A DNA stretch of 64,000 nucleotides from Elusimicrobiaceae bacterium (GCA_017546175.1 JAFYXM010000003.1:51370-115369), one strand, 5' to 3'. Positions 32,153 through 42,544 are shown, numbered from the stretch's first letter. Translations and numbers: made by a program. The notes: generated by a model not told the origin, from the letters alone.

Positions 32153-32825
32153 ACTTGTTAATTTCCTTTAAAACAGCCTCAATAACCTCAGACATATTCA
32201 GGTTTGAAGTGTCAATTTTCACGGCATCTTCGGCCGGTTTTAACGGAGAAGCCGCACGGGTACTGTCGCGCAAGTCCCGCTCTTTAATGGAGGCTAAAAT
32301 TTGCTCGTAATCGGCAGGATTTCCTTTAGAAACCAATTGTTTTACACGACGGTTGGCCCTTTCCTCGGCGGTAGCGTCCAAATAAATTTTCACTTCCGCA
32401 TCGGGAAAAACCACCGTGCCGATATCGCGCCCCTCCATGATAATTCCGCCGTCACGGCCTGCCTGACGCATTTTTTCGGTCAGTACCGCACGTGCCGCCG
32501 CATGGGTGGACACTTTACTTGCCGTTTGGGCAACTTCATCCAAGTGAAGCTTACCTCCCAAATATTCTCCGTCCACAAACATTTTCAAAGTTGCGTCCGG
32601 TTGTCGCTCAAAAGTAAATTGCATTTTTTGGGCCGTTTCCAATACAGCTTTTTCATCGGCCGGGTCCACTTGTTTGGCAAATACCTGATACGCCAAAGCC
32701 CGATACAGCCCGCCGGTACTCAAAAAGCCATAACCCAATTTTTCAGCCACGGCACGCCCGACGGAGGACTTCCCCGTTCCCGCCGTACCGTCTATGGCAA
32801 TCACCAAACCTTTTGCTCTAGCCAT
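32142..32825 (-). CDS. cmk: cytidylate kinase
   Basis: Motifs IAIDGTAGTGKSSVGR, GRDIGTVVFPDA, RRVKQL. Confidence 0.92.
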   Translation of the reverse strand: MARAKGLVIAIDGTAGTGKSSVGRAVAEKLGYGFLSTGGLYRALAYQVFAKQVDPADEKAVLETAQKMQFTFERQPDATLKMFVDGEYLGGKLHLDEVAQTASKVSTHAAARAVLTEKMRQAGRDGGIIMEGRDIGTVVFPDAEVKIYLDATAEERANRRVKQLVSKGNPADYEQILASIKERDLRDSTRAASPLKPAEDAVKIDTSNLNMSEVIEAVLKEINKYAS

Positions 32826-33910
32826 TAAGCGGCCTCCAAGCTGCTGGTTACCCCGCGGATAGCCATCATCAAAGCATCGGGGCTGCTGGCGGCTGCCAAG
32901 ACCTGTTCCATGTCCACTCTATTGGTTTTATAAAGAGCGGCTAAAGATTGGTCGAAAGTATTCATTCCGTAGAATTCGCCATTTTGCATGGCTTTTGTCA
33001 AATCGCCCACGCGGTTTTCCAAAATCAACTTACGCGTTTGCGGAGTGGAAACCATGATCTCCAAAGCGGGCGTCATGCCCGGTTTGATCGTCGGCAAAAG
33101 ACGCTGACAAATAATACCGCGAATTAATTCGGAAAGTTGCAAACGCACTTGTGCTTGTTGTTCCACAGGGAAAGCATCCGTCAAGCGAGAAAGGGTTTGC
33201 GGCACGTTAACCGTATGCATGGTAGATACTACCAGCTGGCCTGTTTCGGCTGCGCTGATAGCGGCGCGCATCACTTCCGTATCGCGCAATTCGCCGATCA
33301 TAATCACATCCGGATCCTGACGCATGGCTGCGCGCAAAGCACCCGTGTAAGAAGGAGTATCTACCCCCAGCTCCATTTGGCTGACGATACATTTATTTTC
33401 CGTATGCACAAACTCAATAGGATCTTCAATGGTCAAAATATGTCCGTTGCGGGTACGATTGATATAATCAATCATTGCCGCCAAAGTAGAGGTTTTACCG
33501 GAACCGGTCATACCCGTTACGATAATGAGTCCACGGCGGTTATCGGCAATTTTTTTAATCACATCTTCCGGTAAACTTAATTCTTTGAATGTAGGAATTT
33601 TCAAGGGAATATGACGAATAGCCATAGCTACCTTGGTAGATTGACGAAATACGTTAAAACGGAAACGGCCGTAAGATTTGGCATCTAAAGAAAAGTCCAC
33701 CGTGCTGTATTGCTCAAAAATTCTGCGTTCACGTTCCCCCATACAGGCATAGGCCATTTTTTTAGCTTCTTCGTTAGAAACAAAAGAATCATCAATGGGT
33801 TTAATCTGACCGTGTAAACGCACATATGCGTTAGAGTTACCGCGAATATGCAAACCGCTGGCTTTATTATCAACCACTGTTCTAAGTAAACTTTGTAATC
33901 CTACGGGCAT
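32825..33910 (-). CDS. pilT: type IV pilus retraction ATPase PilT
   Basis: Motifs ASGLHI, VTGMTGSGKTST, TIEDPIEF, IMIGELRD, STMHT. Confidence 0.9.
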   Translation of the reverse strand: MPVGLQSLLRTVVDNKASGLHIRGNSNAYVRLHGQIKPIDDSFVSNEEAKKMAYACMGERERRIFEQYSTVDFSLDAKSYGRFRFNVFRQSTKVAMAIRHIPLKIPTFKELSLPEDVIKKIADNRRGLIIVTGMTGSGKTSTLAAMIDYINRTRNGHILTIEDPIEFVHTENKCIVSQMELGVDTPSYTGALRAAMRQDPDVIMIGELRDTEVMRAAISAAETGQLVVSTMHTVNVPQTLSRLTDAFPVEQQAQVRLQLSELIRGIICQRLLPTIKPGMTPALEIMVSTPQTRKLILENRVGDLTKAMQNGEFYGMNTFDQSLAALYKTNRVDMEQVLAAASSPDALMMAIRGVTSSLEAA

Positions 33911-33921
33911 GGGTTTCTCCT

Positions 33922-35070
33922 CTAATAAGTTTTGGTATTCTTTTTCCGACGTAAAAAGGCAGGAATCAACATACTATCTTCTGATTCGGGCTGCACTTTT
34001 GGCTCATCAAACGTGGCAAAAACATTCTTTTTTAAATCGTAGTCCGTTCTTTCCGGAGCAATCGGACGACGGGAAATAAACACATTTGCTTTTTCTTCGC
34101 TAAATCCGGTAGCGATAACCGTTACTTTAAAAACTCCTTTTAAAGCAGAGTCATAGGAATGGCCGAACATGACGATAGAATCATTGCTGGCATATTGGCG
34201 AATTAAATTCATCACCTCGCCTTGCTCCATCAGAGTCAAGTCTTCATCGGCTAAAAAGTGAACGATAAATCCTTTCGCTCCGCGAATATCGGCATTTTCC
34301 AACAACGGAGAAGAAATAGCCTGCTTCACAGCCGCCAAATGGCGCCCGGGGCCGCTGGCCTCCCCGATACCGATTAAAGATTTATGAGAATGGCACATGA
34401 CCTTGCGTATATCGTTAAAGTCAATATTCACTTCCCCCGGTTTGGTAATTACTTCCGCAATACCCTTAACCGCTTGCAAAAGCACTTCATCTACCATGTG
34501 GAAAGCATCGCGGGAAGAAGTTTCGGGGTCAATATTGGCGAATAATTTTTCATTCGGCACGATAATCATAGAATCTACGTGCTTTTGCATTTCTTTAATA
34601 CCCTCATCAGCTTGTTTTTCACGCACGTATCCTTCAAAATTAAAAGGTCGAGTCACTACCCCGATAACTAATAAATCATCGCCATAAATTTCTTTAGCCA
34701 GTTTGGCTAAATACGGGGCCACACCCGTTCCGGTACCACCGCCCATACCGGCCGTGATAAACAATAAATCTGTTTGCCCGATAATAAGTTTTAGCTTTTC
34801 TTTAGATTCTTCCGCCGCACGGCGCCCTTTTTCAGGGTCTCCGCCGACTCCTAAACCCTTCGTAATTTTTTCCCCTACCTGTACCAAATAAGGGGCTTGG
34901 TTACGGCGTAAATCTTGCGCGTCCGTATTGACGGCAATAAAATCAATATCGCGCAAACCGGCATTCACCATGTGATTAATGGCATTTCCGCCGCCGCCGC
35001 CTACACCTATTACTTTAATTTTGGCTTTCTTCGTTTCAAACGAATCTGCCGCCATAAATAAATCGTTCAT
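33922..35070 (-). CDS. ftsZ: cell division GTPase FtsZ
   Basis: Motifs GVGGGGGNAINHM, NTDAQDL, GMGGGTGTGVAP. Start chosen at MNDLF, which is preceded by GGGAGAGGA; the alternative upstream ATG at 35097 is not excluded. Confidence 0.93.
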   Translation of the reverse strand: MNDLFMAADSFETKKAKIKVIGVGGGGGNAINHMVNAGLRDIDFIAVNTDAQDLRRNQAPYLVQVGEKITKGLGVGGDPEKGRRAAEESKEKLKLIIGQTDLLFITAGMGGGTGTGVAPYLAKLAKEIYGDDLLVIGVVTRPFNFEGYVREKQADEGIKEMQKHVDSMIIVPNEKLFANIDPETSSRDAFHMVDEVLLQAVKGIAEVITKPGEVNIDFNDIRKVMCHSHKSLIGIGEASGPGRHLAAVKQAISSPLLENADIRGAKGFIVHFLADEDLTLMEQGEVMNLIRQYASNDSIVMFGHSYDSALKGVFKVTVIATGFSEEKANVFISRRPIAPERTDYDLKKNVFATFDEPKVQPESEDSMLIPAFLRRKKNTKTY

Positions 35071-35089
35071 AATCCTCTCCCGTGGTTTA

Positions 35090-36340
35090 TCAACCACCGA
35101 ACAAGTCTAACCCTTTAAAGAAACGGCCTATTTTCCCAAAAGCAGAACCGCCTTTGTCATAGCGCTCCCGAGTATAATCGTCATAAGAGGAATTATCGGA
35201 AGCAGAAATAGCCAAGGCCAAAGCCGTGCTATATACGGGATCAAGAAATTCTTCGTCACAGGTGACCAAATCGCGCTGTACTGCGCCGCGGCGCACTTCT
35301 TTGAGGCCCAAAATATTGACCGCTTGATCGGTCATACCGGGCATCAAGCTACCGCCTCCGGTCAGTACCCCTACGATAGCCAAGTTTTTATAACCCGACG
35401 TAGCAATACAATGCTGAATTTGCTCAAACAGCTCTTCCACGCGGGGTTGAATGATATCTAAAATATAGCTCTTTTTAATATTGTGAGTGCTGCGTCCGTC
35501 CAAAGAAGGAACGGGGATTTCCCCTTCTTCGTCTAAGAAAGTAGGGAAAGCCACGCCATATTTTTCTTTAATTTCTTTGGCATTAAAACGAGAAGTATGA
35601 AGCAGGCGGGATAAGTCGCTCGTAATCAAATCACAACCATAGGGAATATCTCTGGAAAATTTCAAAATACCTTCAATATAAAGACCTACAGACATCGTTT
35701 CACCGCCGAGGTCAATAATCATAGCACCGATTTCTTTTTCTTCTTGCGTAAGTACGCAATCGCCCAAGGGAACCAGTCCGTAAAAAGTGCCGTCTATTTT
35801 ATAACCGGGGCGCTGAATGGCTTTGGCTAAATTGTTAATATGCGTGGAAGAACCGGTGGTAATATGTACGTCCACTTCCAGTAAAGAGCCTTCCATACCT
35901 TCGGGGTTGGAAATACCGCGCAATTTATCAATGGCAAACCCTTGCGGAATGACATTGATAATCTCATTGTCATTTTTAATGGGCATAGCTTTGGCATTTT
36001 CAATAGCCAACTCCATATCTGCTTGGGTAATTTCTTTATCAATACGGGAAATATTGTATGTACCGTGATTGGAAAAAGATTCCAAATGAGCACCGCGCAC
36101 GCCGACAAACAAATTGCTGATGTCTTTATTGAGTTCGTGTTCTATACCGCCCAACAGCTGCGTAACGGCAGTAGAAGTTTGGCGAATGTCAGATACCACC
36201 CCTCCACGAACTCCTTTACAAGGAATGCTTCGTCCGGTTAAAACTTGCAAAGTATTGGTTTGAGCATCATGCGCAGCGGCGATAGCCGTTAGTTTTCCGC
36301 TGCCGATATCAAGTCCTGCAATAATATTTGGTTTAGCCAT
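35090..36340 (-). CDS. ftsA: cell division protein FtsA
   Basis: Motifs AGLDIGSGK, IDLGGETMS, actin-like fold. ATG at 36340 preceded by AGGTG. Confidence 0.92.
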   Translation of the reverse strand: MAKPNIIAGLDIGSGKLTAIAAAHDAQTNTLQVLTGRSIPCKGVRGGVVSDIRQTSTAVTQLLGGIEHELNKDISNLFVGVRGAHLESFSNHGTYNISRIDKEITQADMELAIENAKAMPIKNDNEIINVIPQGFAIDKLRGISNPEGMEGSLLEVDVHITTGSSTHINNLAKAIQRPGYKIDGTFYGLVPLGDCVLTQEEKEIGAMIIDLGGETMSVGLYIEGILKFSRDIPYGCDLITSDLSRLLHTSRFNAKEIKEKYGVAFPTFLDEEGEIPVPSLDGRSTHNIKKSYILDIIQPRVEELFEQIQHCIATSGYKNLAIVGVLTGGGSLMPGMTDQAVNILGLKEVRRGAVQRDLVTCDEEFLDPVYSTALALAISASDNSSYDDYTRERYDKGGSAFGKIGRFFKGLDLFGG

Positions 36341-36384
36341 AAAATTCACCTGCTTAAAAAATCTCTTACTGTATATTATAAAAA

Positions 36385-37203
36385 TTAATGGGCCGTCTGT
36401 CTTAAAAAAACTTTCCCGTCGTCAAAATACGTAAAATCTAACTCATGCGGATGAGGATAACCCTCTTTAGCAATTTTTTCTATTTGGGCGGCACGGCGGG
36501 CTTTTTGACGTAATTTTTTAGCTTGCCCGAAATTAATCACACACCCGTCCGGCATGTGCATGCGTACCGTATCGGCAGACGGATCAAAATGCAAAAAAGC
36601 AAAATCCAGCTGGTCTTTGAGCTTTAAGGAGCTTTCCACCAAGTCCACAAATTCTTTGCCCAGTTTTTCCGGTATTTTCCCCTCCAATTCTACGTAAGGA
36701 ACCGTGGAAAGCGGGTCCGGATTGGAATCGGCATAGATAGTACTGTCTTGGTCAATAAAACGTACGCTTTGATCCGGCAAAATAAATTTGGCAATCGGTT
36801 GGCGGCGTTGAATCGCAATTTTTAATTTACCGCTCATAAGACCTCTTTTTACCGATACGTGGCGAAGTTGGGGATATTTTTTGATAAGGCGAGTTTGTAA
36901 AGAAACGGCATTTTTAACGGAAAAATCTTTATTTACCAAAGATTCGGTTTCTTTTTGGATTTGTTTGGCCAATACCCCATCCACCCCTGTAATAAACAGT
37001 GCGGTCGGTTTCCAGTTGCCCAAACGAGAGGCAGAAAAGGCCCGATAGGCTTTGGTAATGCCTAAATACGAGGCAAAGCAAAGAGCGATAAACACCAAAA
37101 AGAAAACAATAGATTTAAAAAAAGAAAGAGAAGGTTGCTTACGGACTTTTTTCTTTCTGCCTAGAGAAGTAGCAGCCGGACGATAATAGTCATATTTTTT
37201 CAT
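36385..37203 (-). CDS. ftsQ: cell division protein FtsQ (POTRA domain)
   Basis: N-terminal TM, POTRA-like region, and position upstream of ftsA-ftsZ. Confidence 0.75.
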   Translation of the reverse strand: MKKYDYYRPAATSLGRKKKVRKQPSLSFFKSIVFFLVFIALCFASYLGITKAYRAFSASRLGNWKPTALFITGVDGVLAKQIQKETESLVNKDFSVKNAVSLQTRLIKKYPQLRHVSVKRGLMSGKLKIAIQRRQPIAKFILPDQSVRFIDQDSTIYADSNPDPLSTVPYVELEGKIPEKLGKEFVDLVESSLKLKDQLDFAFLHFDPSADTVRMHMPDGCVINFGQAKKLRQKARRAAQIEKIAKEGYPHPHELDFTYFDDGKVFLRQTAH

Positions 37204-37227
37204 GCGTCAAATCCGTAAAAAAAGAAA

Positions 37228-37310
37228 TGGGCGGAAAGGGAGTTGAACCCTTAAGGACTTTCGTCCACACGGTCCTGAGCCGTGCGCGTCTGCCATTCCG
37301 CCACCCGCCC
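37228..37310 (-). tRNA. tRNA-Leu (anticodon CAG), long variable arm, no encoded CCA
   Basis: The reverse complement reads GGGCGGGTGGCGGAATGGCAGACGCGCACGGCTCAGGACCGTGTGGACGAAAGTCCTTAAGGGTTCAACTCCCTTTCCGCCCA. The acceptor stem pairs, with one G-U at the seventh pair. The anticodon loop is CT-CAG-GA and the T-loop is GGTTCAACTCC. Confidence 0.9.
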
Positions 37311-37365
37311 ATCACATACTATATTTTAGAATATTGCGTCCCCTTTTGCAAGGGAACTTGATTTT

Positions 37366-37397
37366 ACCGACGGGATAGTTTCCCGTCGGTAAAACAA
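37366..37397. repeat. perfect palindromic hairpin between pyrR and tRNA-Leu
   Basis: TTTTACCGACGGGA-TAGT-TTCCCGTCGGTAAAA. The A/T tracts are part of the stem, so there is no free U-tail on either strand. Confidence 0.5.
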
Positions 37398-37404
37398 ATC
37401 TGTT

Positions 37405-37956
37405 TTATTTCACTTCGTGTTGACCGCCTATGTTATGCACAATGCAGTCATCACCGTCTTTTTCTTTTAAGTGTACGTGGATAATATCGTCCGCTTCCGT
37501 ATGCACATGACGGCCCGTAAATTCGGAATAAATGGGCAATTTGTGATGTCCGCGGTCCACCATGACCAAAAGCTCCACCTTACCGGCACGGCCAAACTGA
37601 GCCAAGGCCTCCAAGGCACACAAAACCGTACGACCGGAATAGAGTACATCATCGGCTAAAATGACGGTTTTTCCTTCAATTTCCGTACCCAAAGAGGTAC
37701 TTTTCATTTGAGGGTCTTGAGCTACTAATGTCAAATCATCACGGTAAAAGGTAATATCCAACTCTCCTAAAGCAGGAGCGGTACCCGTTATTTTTTCAAT
37801 CCGTTCTTGCAAACGCTTGGCTAAATAAGCACCACGGGTTTTGATACCCACTAAACAATAGTCGTTAAGATTGGGATATCTTTCCACTATTTCACAGGCT
37901 AACCGGTCTAACATCGCTTTTACGTCATTTTCACTGGCAATTATTTTTTTCATCAC
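37405..37956 (-). CDS. pyrR: bifunctional pyrimidine regulatory protein PyrR / uracil phosphoribosyltransferase
   Basis: Motifs LVGIKTRGAYLA, ILADDVLYSGRT. Confidence 0.9.
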   Translation of the reverse strand: MMKKIIASENDVKAMLDRLACEIVERYPNLNDYCLVGIKTRGAYLAKRLQERIEKITGTAPALGELDITFYRDDLTLVAQDPQMKSTSLGTEIEGKTVILADDVLYSGRTVLCALEALAQFGRAGKVELLVMVDRGHHKLPIYSEFTGRHVHTEADDIIHVHLKEKDGDDCIVHNIGGQHEVK

Positions 37957-37993
37957 TTCCTCCCGTAAAATTAAAAGTGGAATTGGGAAAGAA

Positions 37994-38464
37994 TTAAAAG
38001 CGTATGGAATTTTTAAATCCCTTTTCCATTTCGCGGTTTAAGTCTTTCTTCTTTAAACTTTCCCGTTTATCGTAATTGTGCTTACCTTTGGCAAGGGCCA
38101 ATTTTACCTTCGCCCAACCGTTCTTAAAATAAATCTCCAAAGGCACTAACGTTTGACCTTTGATTTCTGCTCCGGCATAAAGTTTGCGGATTTCTTTTTT
38201 GTTTAACAACAATTGGCGCGTACGCACCGGATCAGGCTCTGATAAAGAATTAAACTTGTACGGCTTAACATACATATTTAAAAGGGTGGCTTGGCCGTTT
38301 TCTACCCGCACAAAAGCTCCGTCCAGACTTACTTCCTTCTGACGGATAGACTTTACTTCTGCTCCTAACAAAGACAAACCCGCCTCAAACGTTTCCAAGA
38401 TAAAATAATCGTGAAACGCTTTGCGGTTGGTGCAGACCACTAAAATGCCAGATTTTTTATTCAT
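37994..38464 (-). CDS. smpB: SsrA-binding protein SmpB
   Basis: Motifs NRKAFHDYFILETFEAG..L.G.EVKS, RTRQLLLNKKEI, KGKHNYDKRE. Start at MNKKSG. Confidence 0.92.
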   Translation of the reverse strand: MNKKSGILVVCTNRKAFHDYFILETFEAGLSLLGAEVKSIRQKEVSLDGAFVRVENGQATLLNMYVKPYKFNSLSEPDPVRTRQLLLNKKEIRKLYAGAEIKGQTLVPLEIYFKNGWAKVKLALAKGKHNYDKRESLKKKDLNREMEKGFKNSIRF

Positions 38465-38600
38465 CGCTATATGATAGCAAATTTCCAATTTCACTAAAAA
38501 TCGGATATTTAAAAAATACTTACTTTTTTCCTCTCCCCAAAAATTTTCTTTTTAGCTATAATAGGGAATAGGAAGTTTTTACGATGGTCAGGAGGGGTTT

Positions 38601-39584
38601 ATGGATATCACAACGCTTAACAAGCAAGTACAAACCGAAAGCTTGTTTTTACAAGATTTGAAAAGAGAAGTAAGCAAAGTAATCGTCGGACAAGAAGAAC
38701 TGGTGGAAAAAATGCTGGTGGCCTTGCTGGCAGACGGACATATTTTGATTGAAGGTGTGCCGGGACTGGCTAAAACCTTGGCCGTTAAAACGTTGGCCAG
38801 CGCTATCCATGCCCAATTCCAACGCATTCAGTTTACGCCGGACTTATTGCCTGCCGATATCACGGGTACGCTGATTTTCAACCCCAAAGACGGCCTTTTT
38901 TATCCTAAAAGAGGACCTATTTTTTCCAATTTTGTATTGGCTGATGAAATCAACCGCTCTCCTGCCAAAGTGCAAAGTGCCCTTTTAGAATCAATGCAAG
39001 AACGCCAAGTAACCATCGGGGAACAAACCTATAAACTCCCCTCTCCCTTTATGGTGTTGGCCACCCAAAACCCGGTAGAGCAAGAAGGAACGTATCCCCT
39101 GCCGGAAGCACAAGTGGACCGTTTTATGCTCAAAGTGTTAATCAGCTATCCCACTAAAGAAGAAGAAAAGCTGATATTGGAAAGAATGTCTTCTCATCAA
39201 AAAATCACACTAAACAGCTCCGTCACGCCGGAAATGATTTTAAAAGCACGTAGCGTAGTAGATGGTATCTATGTAGATGAAAAAATCAAAAACTACATTG
39301 TGGATCTTGTTTTTGCCACTCGTGACCCCAAAGCTTATAAGTTGGAAGATTTAGCTTCCTTTATCAATTATGGGGCCAGCCCGCGTGCCACCATTTTCTT
39401 AACACAAGCAGCCAAAGCCTATGCTTTCTTAAACGGACGCGGATACGTCACACCGGAAGACATCAAGGCCATCGGGGCCGACGTTTTGCGTCATCGTGTA
39501 CTGCTTACGTATGAGGCAGAAGCCGAAAACGTAACTTCGGATCAAATCGTTAAACGTATTTTTGAAGCGGTAGACGTACCTTAA
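38601..39584 (+). CDS. MoxR-family AAA+ ATPase
   Basis: Motifs GHILIEGVPGLAKT, FVLADEINRSPAKVQSALLE, ATQNPVEQEGTYPLPEAQVDRF. Confidence 0.92.
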   Translation: MDITTLNKQVQTESLFLQDLKREVSKVIVGQEELVEKMLVALLADGHILIEGVPGLAKTLAVKTLASAIHAQFQRIQFTPDLLPADITGTLIFNPKDGLFYPKRGPIFSNFVLADEINRSPAKVQSALLESMQERQVTIGEQTYKLPSPFMVLATQNPVEQEGTYPLPEAQVDRFMLKVLISYPTKEEEKLILERMSSHQKITLNSSVTPEMILKARSVVDGIYVDEKIKNYIVDLVFATRDPKAYKLEDLASFINYGASPRATIFLTQAAKAYAFLNGRGYVTPEDIKAIGADVLRHRVLLTYEAEAENVTSDQIVKRIFEAVDVP

Positions 39585-39606
39585 TTCAAACCTTGGGGGG
39601 AAGTAA

Positions 39607-40503
39607 ATGCGCATGGATACTGCCGACATTTTGAAAAAAGTACGGCAAATTGAAATACAAACCGGAAAGTTGGTGGAAGAGACTTTTGCCGGCGAGTATT
39701 TGAGTGCGTTTAAAGGGCAAGGTATAGAATTTGCCGAAGTGCGCGAATATACCCCCGGAGATGATATTCGCTCCATTGATTGGAATGTTACGGCCCGCAG
39801 CGGCACGCCTTACGTCAAAAAATTTAATGAAGAACGTGAGCTGACCCTCATGATTGCTTGTGATGTGTCTGCCTCTCTTCGTTTTGGCTCTTTTGACAAA
39901 TTTAAACAAGATGCCGCCGCGGAATTGGCGGCCTTGTTTGCTTTTTCCGCTCTTAAAAACAGCGACAAAGTGGGCCTTTTGCTTTTCTCGGACAAAATAG
40001 AGCTTTTTGTCCCCCCCAAAAAAGGGAAAAAACACATTCTGCGCTTAATTCGGGAATTGGTAGCCTTTGAACCTACCGGCACGGGTACGGACCTTGCTTT
40101 AGCCTTAACCACTTTGAGTAAAGTAATCAAACGGCAGGGTATTTTGATTTTGATTTCAGACTTTTTAGCCGAAGCTTCCTCCTTTGAAAAACAACTTCGT
40201 TTAGCTTCCAAAAAGTTTGATCTGATCCCTGTTATTTTACAGGACCGCTTGGAGCAAACTTTGCCGCGGCTTCCTATTTGCTTGGACATACAAGACCCCG
40301 AGACGGGTCAAGAGAAATTTTTGTCATTAGGAAGTCCTCATTTAAACGCGATGTTACAACTGTATAAAGATACTTGGCAAAGTGAACTTTCTGCCTTATT
40401 TAACCCTTTAAAGATAGAGGCCATTACCGTATCTACGGATCAGCCTACGGCAGACCCCGTGATTCGGTTTTTTAAGCAACGCGCCAAGAAGGTAAGAGTA
40501 TGA
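39607..40503 (+). CDS. DUF58 (vWA-like) protein, MoxR partner
   Basis: Motifs EFAEVREYTPGDDIRSIDWNVTAR, DVSASL. Confidence 0.85.
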   Translation: MRMDTADILKKVRQIEIQTGKLVEETFAGEYLSAFKGQGIEFAEVREYTPGDDIRSIDWNVTARSGTPYVKKFNEERELTLMIACDVSASLRFGSFDKFKQDAAAELAALFAFSALKNSDKVGLLLFSDKIELFVPPKKGKKHILRLIRELVAFEPTGTGTDLALALTTLSKVIKRQGILILISDFLAEASSFEKQLRLASKKFDLIPVILQDRLEQTLPRLPICLDIQDPETGQEKFLSLGSPHLNAMLQLYKDTWQSELSALFNPLKIEAITVSTDQPTADPVIRFFKQRAKKVRV

Positions 40504-41420
40504 GAAAATATTTAATTTTGGCTCTTTTGTTTTCTTGTTTTTCTACGATTGCTTGGGCGCAGGAAATCAATATTCTGTCCGAACAAATACCGCAGCAAAC
40601 CCCTTTTGCCAAGCCTTTTGATGTACGCTTTGAGGTGGGGCATACCACCGGATATGTAGTAGAAGTGGATAAAGAATCTTTACCTGCAAATTTTGAATTA
40701 ATCCAAGAGAAGACGAATACTCTTTCCCCCGCTACCCAAGCATACAACTTTACCTTTATACCTTTCACCTTAGGCGTTTCCACCTTTACGGCGGTGACTT
40801 TTCAATTAAAAGAATCGACCGGCGGAAAAGTGCTGGCCGAGGCTCAAACAGAAGTAAAAAATATTACCGTTCAACCGGTAAAATTTTACGATGAAAAAAC
40901 GTTGCGTGATATCCGTCCGCCATATATTCCGGCCAGTCTGTTTATTTGGCTCTTATGTGCTCTGGCGGCTGTTATATTGTTCTTGACGATTAAACACTTT
41001 TACAGAACGGTAAAGCAAGATCACATGGCCTTAAAAGCCCAGCAGGATAACCGCCCTGCTGATGTAATTGCTTTGTCTAAAATACAACTGCTCTTGCAAA
41101 GCGGTTTGTGGGAGAAAAAACAATACAAACTTTTTTATATAGAACTGGGCGAAATTTTGAAAGAATATTTCTGGCGCAGATTTTCTTTAGATGTTTCGTC
41201 GGACACATCAACCGAGCTTTTGCGCCGCGCAAAAACCGTACCGGAGCTGACACGCATGTTAATGCCTTTGCGGGAATATTTAAGTTCTTCCGATTTGGTT
41301 AAATTTGCCCAAGTGGCCCCCTCTGCCGATGCCATGCAAAAAGACGTACAGGCCGTGCAAGATTTAGTGCGGGAAACAACCCCTAAACCCATCATCACCA
41401 AGGAGGAGACCCATGTTTAG
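40500..41420 (+). CDS. membrane protein, third gene of the MoxR-DUF58-Bat operon (DUF4381-like)
   Basis: Signal peptide and a central TM (LFIWLLCALAAVILFLTI). The call is positional, by analogy to the Bacteroides aerotolerance operon. 4-nt overlap with the upstream gene. Confidence 0.5.
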   Translation: MRKYLILALLFSCFSTIAWAQEINILSEQIPQQTPFAKPFDVRFEVGHTTGYVVEVDKESLPANFELIQEKTNTLSPATQAYNFTFIPFTLGVSTFTAVTFQLKESTGGKVLAEAQTEVKNITVQPVKFYDEKTLRDIRPPYIPASLFIWLLCALAAVILFLTIKHFYRTVKQDHMALKAQQDNRPADVIALSKIQLLLQSGLWEKKQYKLFYIELGEILKEYFWRRFSLDVSSDTSTELLRRAKTVPELTRMLMPLREYLSSSDLVKFAQVAPSADAMQKDVQAVQDLVRETTPKPIITKEETHV

Positions 41421-42543
41421 TATTTTCTTTTTCTGCTCTTTGGCAGGGCTGTTTGTCAGCTTGTTATTGTCCGTTTTTTTGCGGAAATTTCCCCGTATTT
41501 CCAGTGCGGCTATACTAATTTTTACCTGCACCACCTTACTGCTGCTTGCTGCAATGATTGTGGAAAGAATGAGTGCAGGGCATTTTAGTTTCTTGCAACC
41601 GGCCTTTCTTTTTCTTTTGCTTTTACCTATTTGCGCGTTGGCTTTGCGTTTATTTTTTGGCAGGCTTTTCACAAGACCTATTGCCTATCCTTTGGCAGGT
41701 GTTTTACCTAGCACTGTTTCTCTTTCCGCCTTGGCTAACCGATATTTACCTTTATTACTAAAATTATCGGCCCTGTCTTTATTTATCATTGCATTGGCTC
41801 GCCCCGTGGCAGTCAACACTACCAAGCTTCCCCCCACGCAAGGTATTGATATTATGATGATTATAGACGGCTCTGCCAGTATGGCCAATCAAGACTTTTT
41901 TCCCAATCGTTTTGTAGCGGCCCAAAAAACCGCCAATAATTTTATCAGCAAACGTTTTAATGACCGAATCGGTTTAGTTGTGTTTGCGCGCGACGTCACC
42001 TTATCGGCTCCTTTGACTTTAGATCATGATGCCGTGCAAGAATTGGTAGCCTCTTTGTTTATAGGCATTGTTAATCCGCAACTGACAGCTATCGGTGATG
42101 CCTTGGGGGTAGCTGCCAAACATCTTAAAGACAGTTCCGCCAAGAGCAAAATTATTTTACTGTTGACAGACGGTTCCAACAATGCCGGCACCATAGACCC
42201 CGTTTTAGCGGCCAAATCTGCCGCCGCTTATGGCATTAAGGTGTACACCATTGCCACGGCCAGCCCCCCCGGCACAAGTGTATTTTCCAGCACGGAAGAT
42301 GAAATAGACGAAGGGCTACTGATCAACATTGCCAAAGAAACCGGCGGTGAGTTTTACCGCGCCAAAAATGAACTGGAATTGCAAAACATTTATGACAAAA
42401 TTAATGAATTGGAAAAGACCGATTTTACCCAAACCGATATCGTCAGCCGCACCGATATTTACCGTCCGTTTCTGCTCATAGGTCTGGCTTTATTGCTTTT
42501 GGCATTTGCACTGCGCAAACTAATACTTATTAAGGTGCCTTAA
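41413..42543 (+). CDS. batA: BatA-like vWA-domain membrane protein
   Basis: N-terminal TMs, vWA MIDAS motif IDGSASM, LLTDGSNNAG, and a C-terminal TM. Confidence 0.8.
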   Translation: MFSIFFFCSLAGLFVSLLLSVFLRKFPRISSAAILIFTCTTLLLLAAMIVERMSAGHFSFLQPAFLFLLLLPICALALRLFFGRLFTRPIAYPLAGVLPSTVSLSALANRYLPLLLKLSALSLFIIALARPVAVNTTKLPPTQGIDIMMIIDGSASMANQDFFPNRFVAAQKTANNFISKRFNDRIGLVVFARDVTLSAPLTLDHDAVQELVASLFIGIVNPQLTAIGDALGVAAKHLKDSSAKSKIILLLTDGSNNAGTIDPVLAAKSAAAYGIKVYTIATASPPGTSVFSSTEDEIDEGLLINIAKETGGEFYRAKNELELQNIYDKINELEKTDFTQTDIVSRTDIYRPFLLIGLALLLLAFALRKLILIKVP

Positions 42544-42544
42544 T

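Noticed and set aside
32825-33910. pilT embedded between cmk and ftsZ as evidence of horizontal insertion
   Set aside because: It is tightly coupled (1-nt overlap with cmk, 11-nt gap to ftsZ), with no flanking repeats, integrase or tRNA boundary. It is probably native operon organisation.
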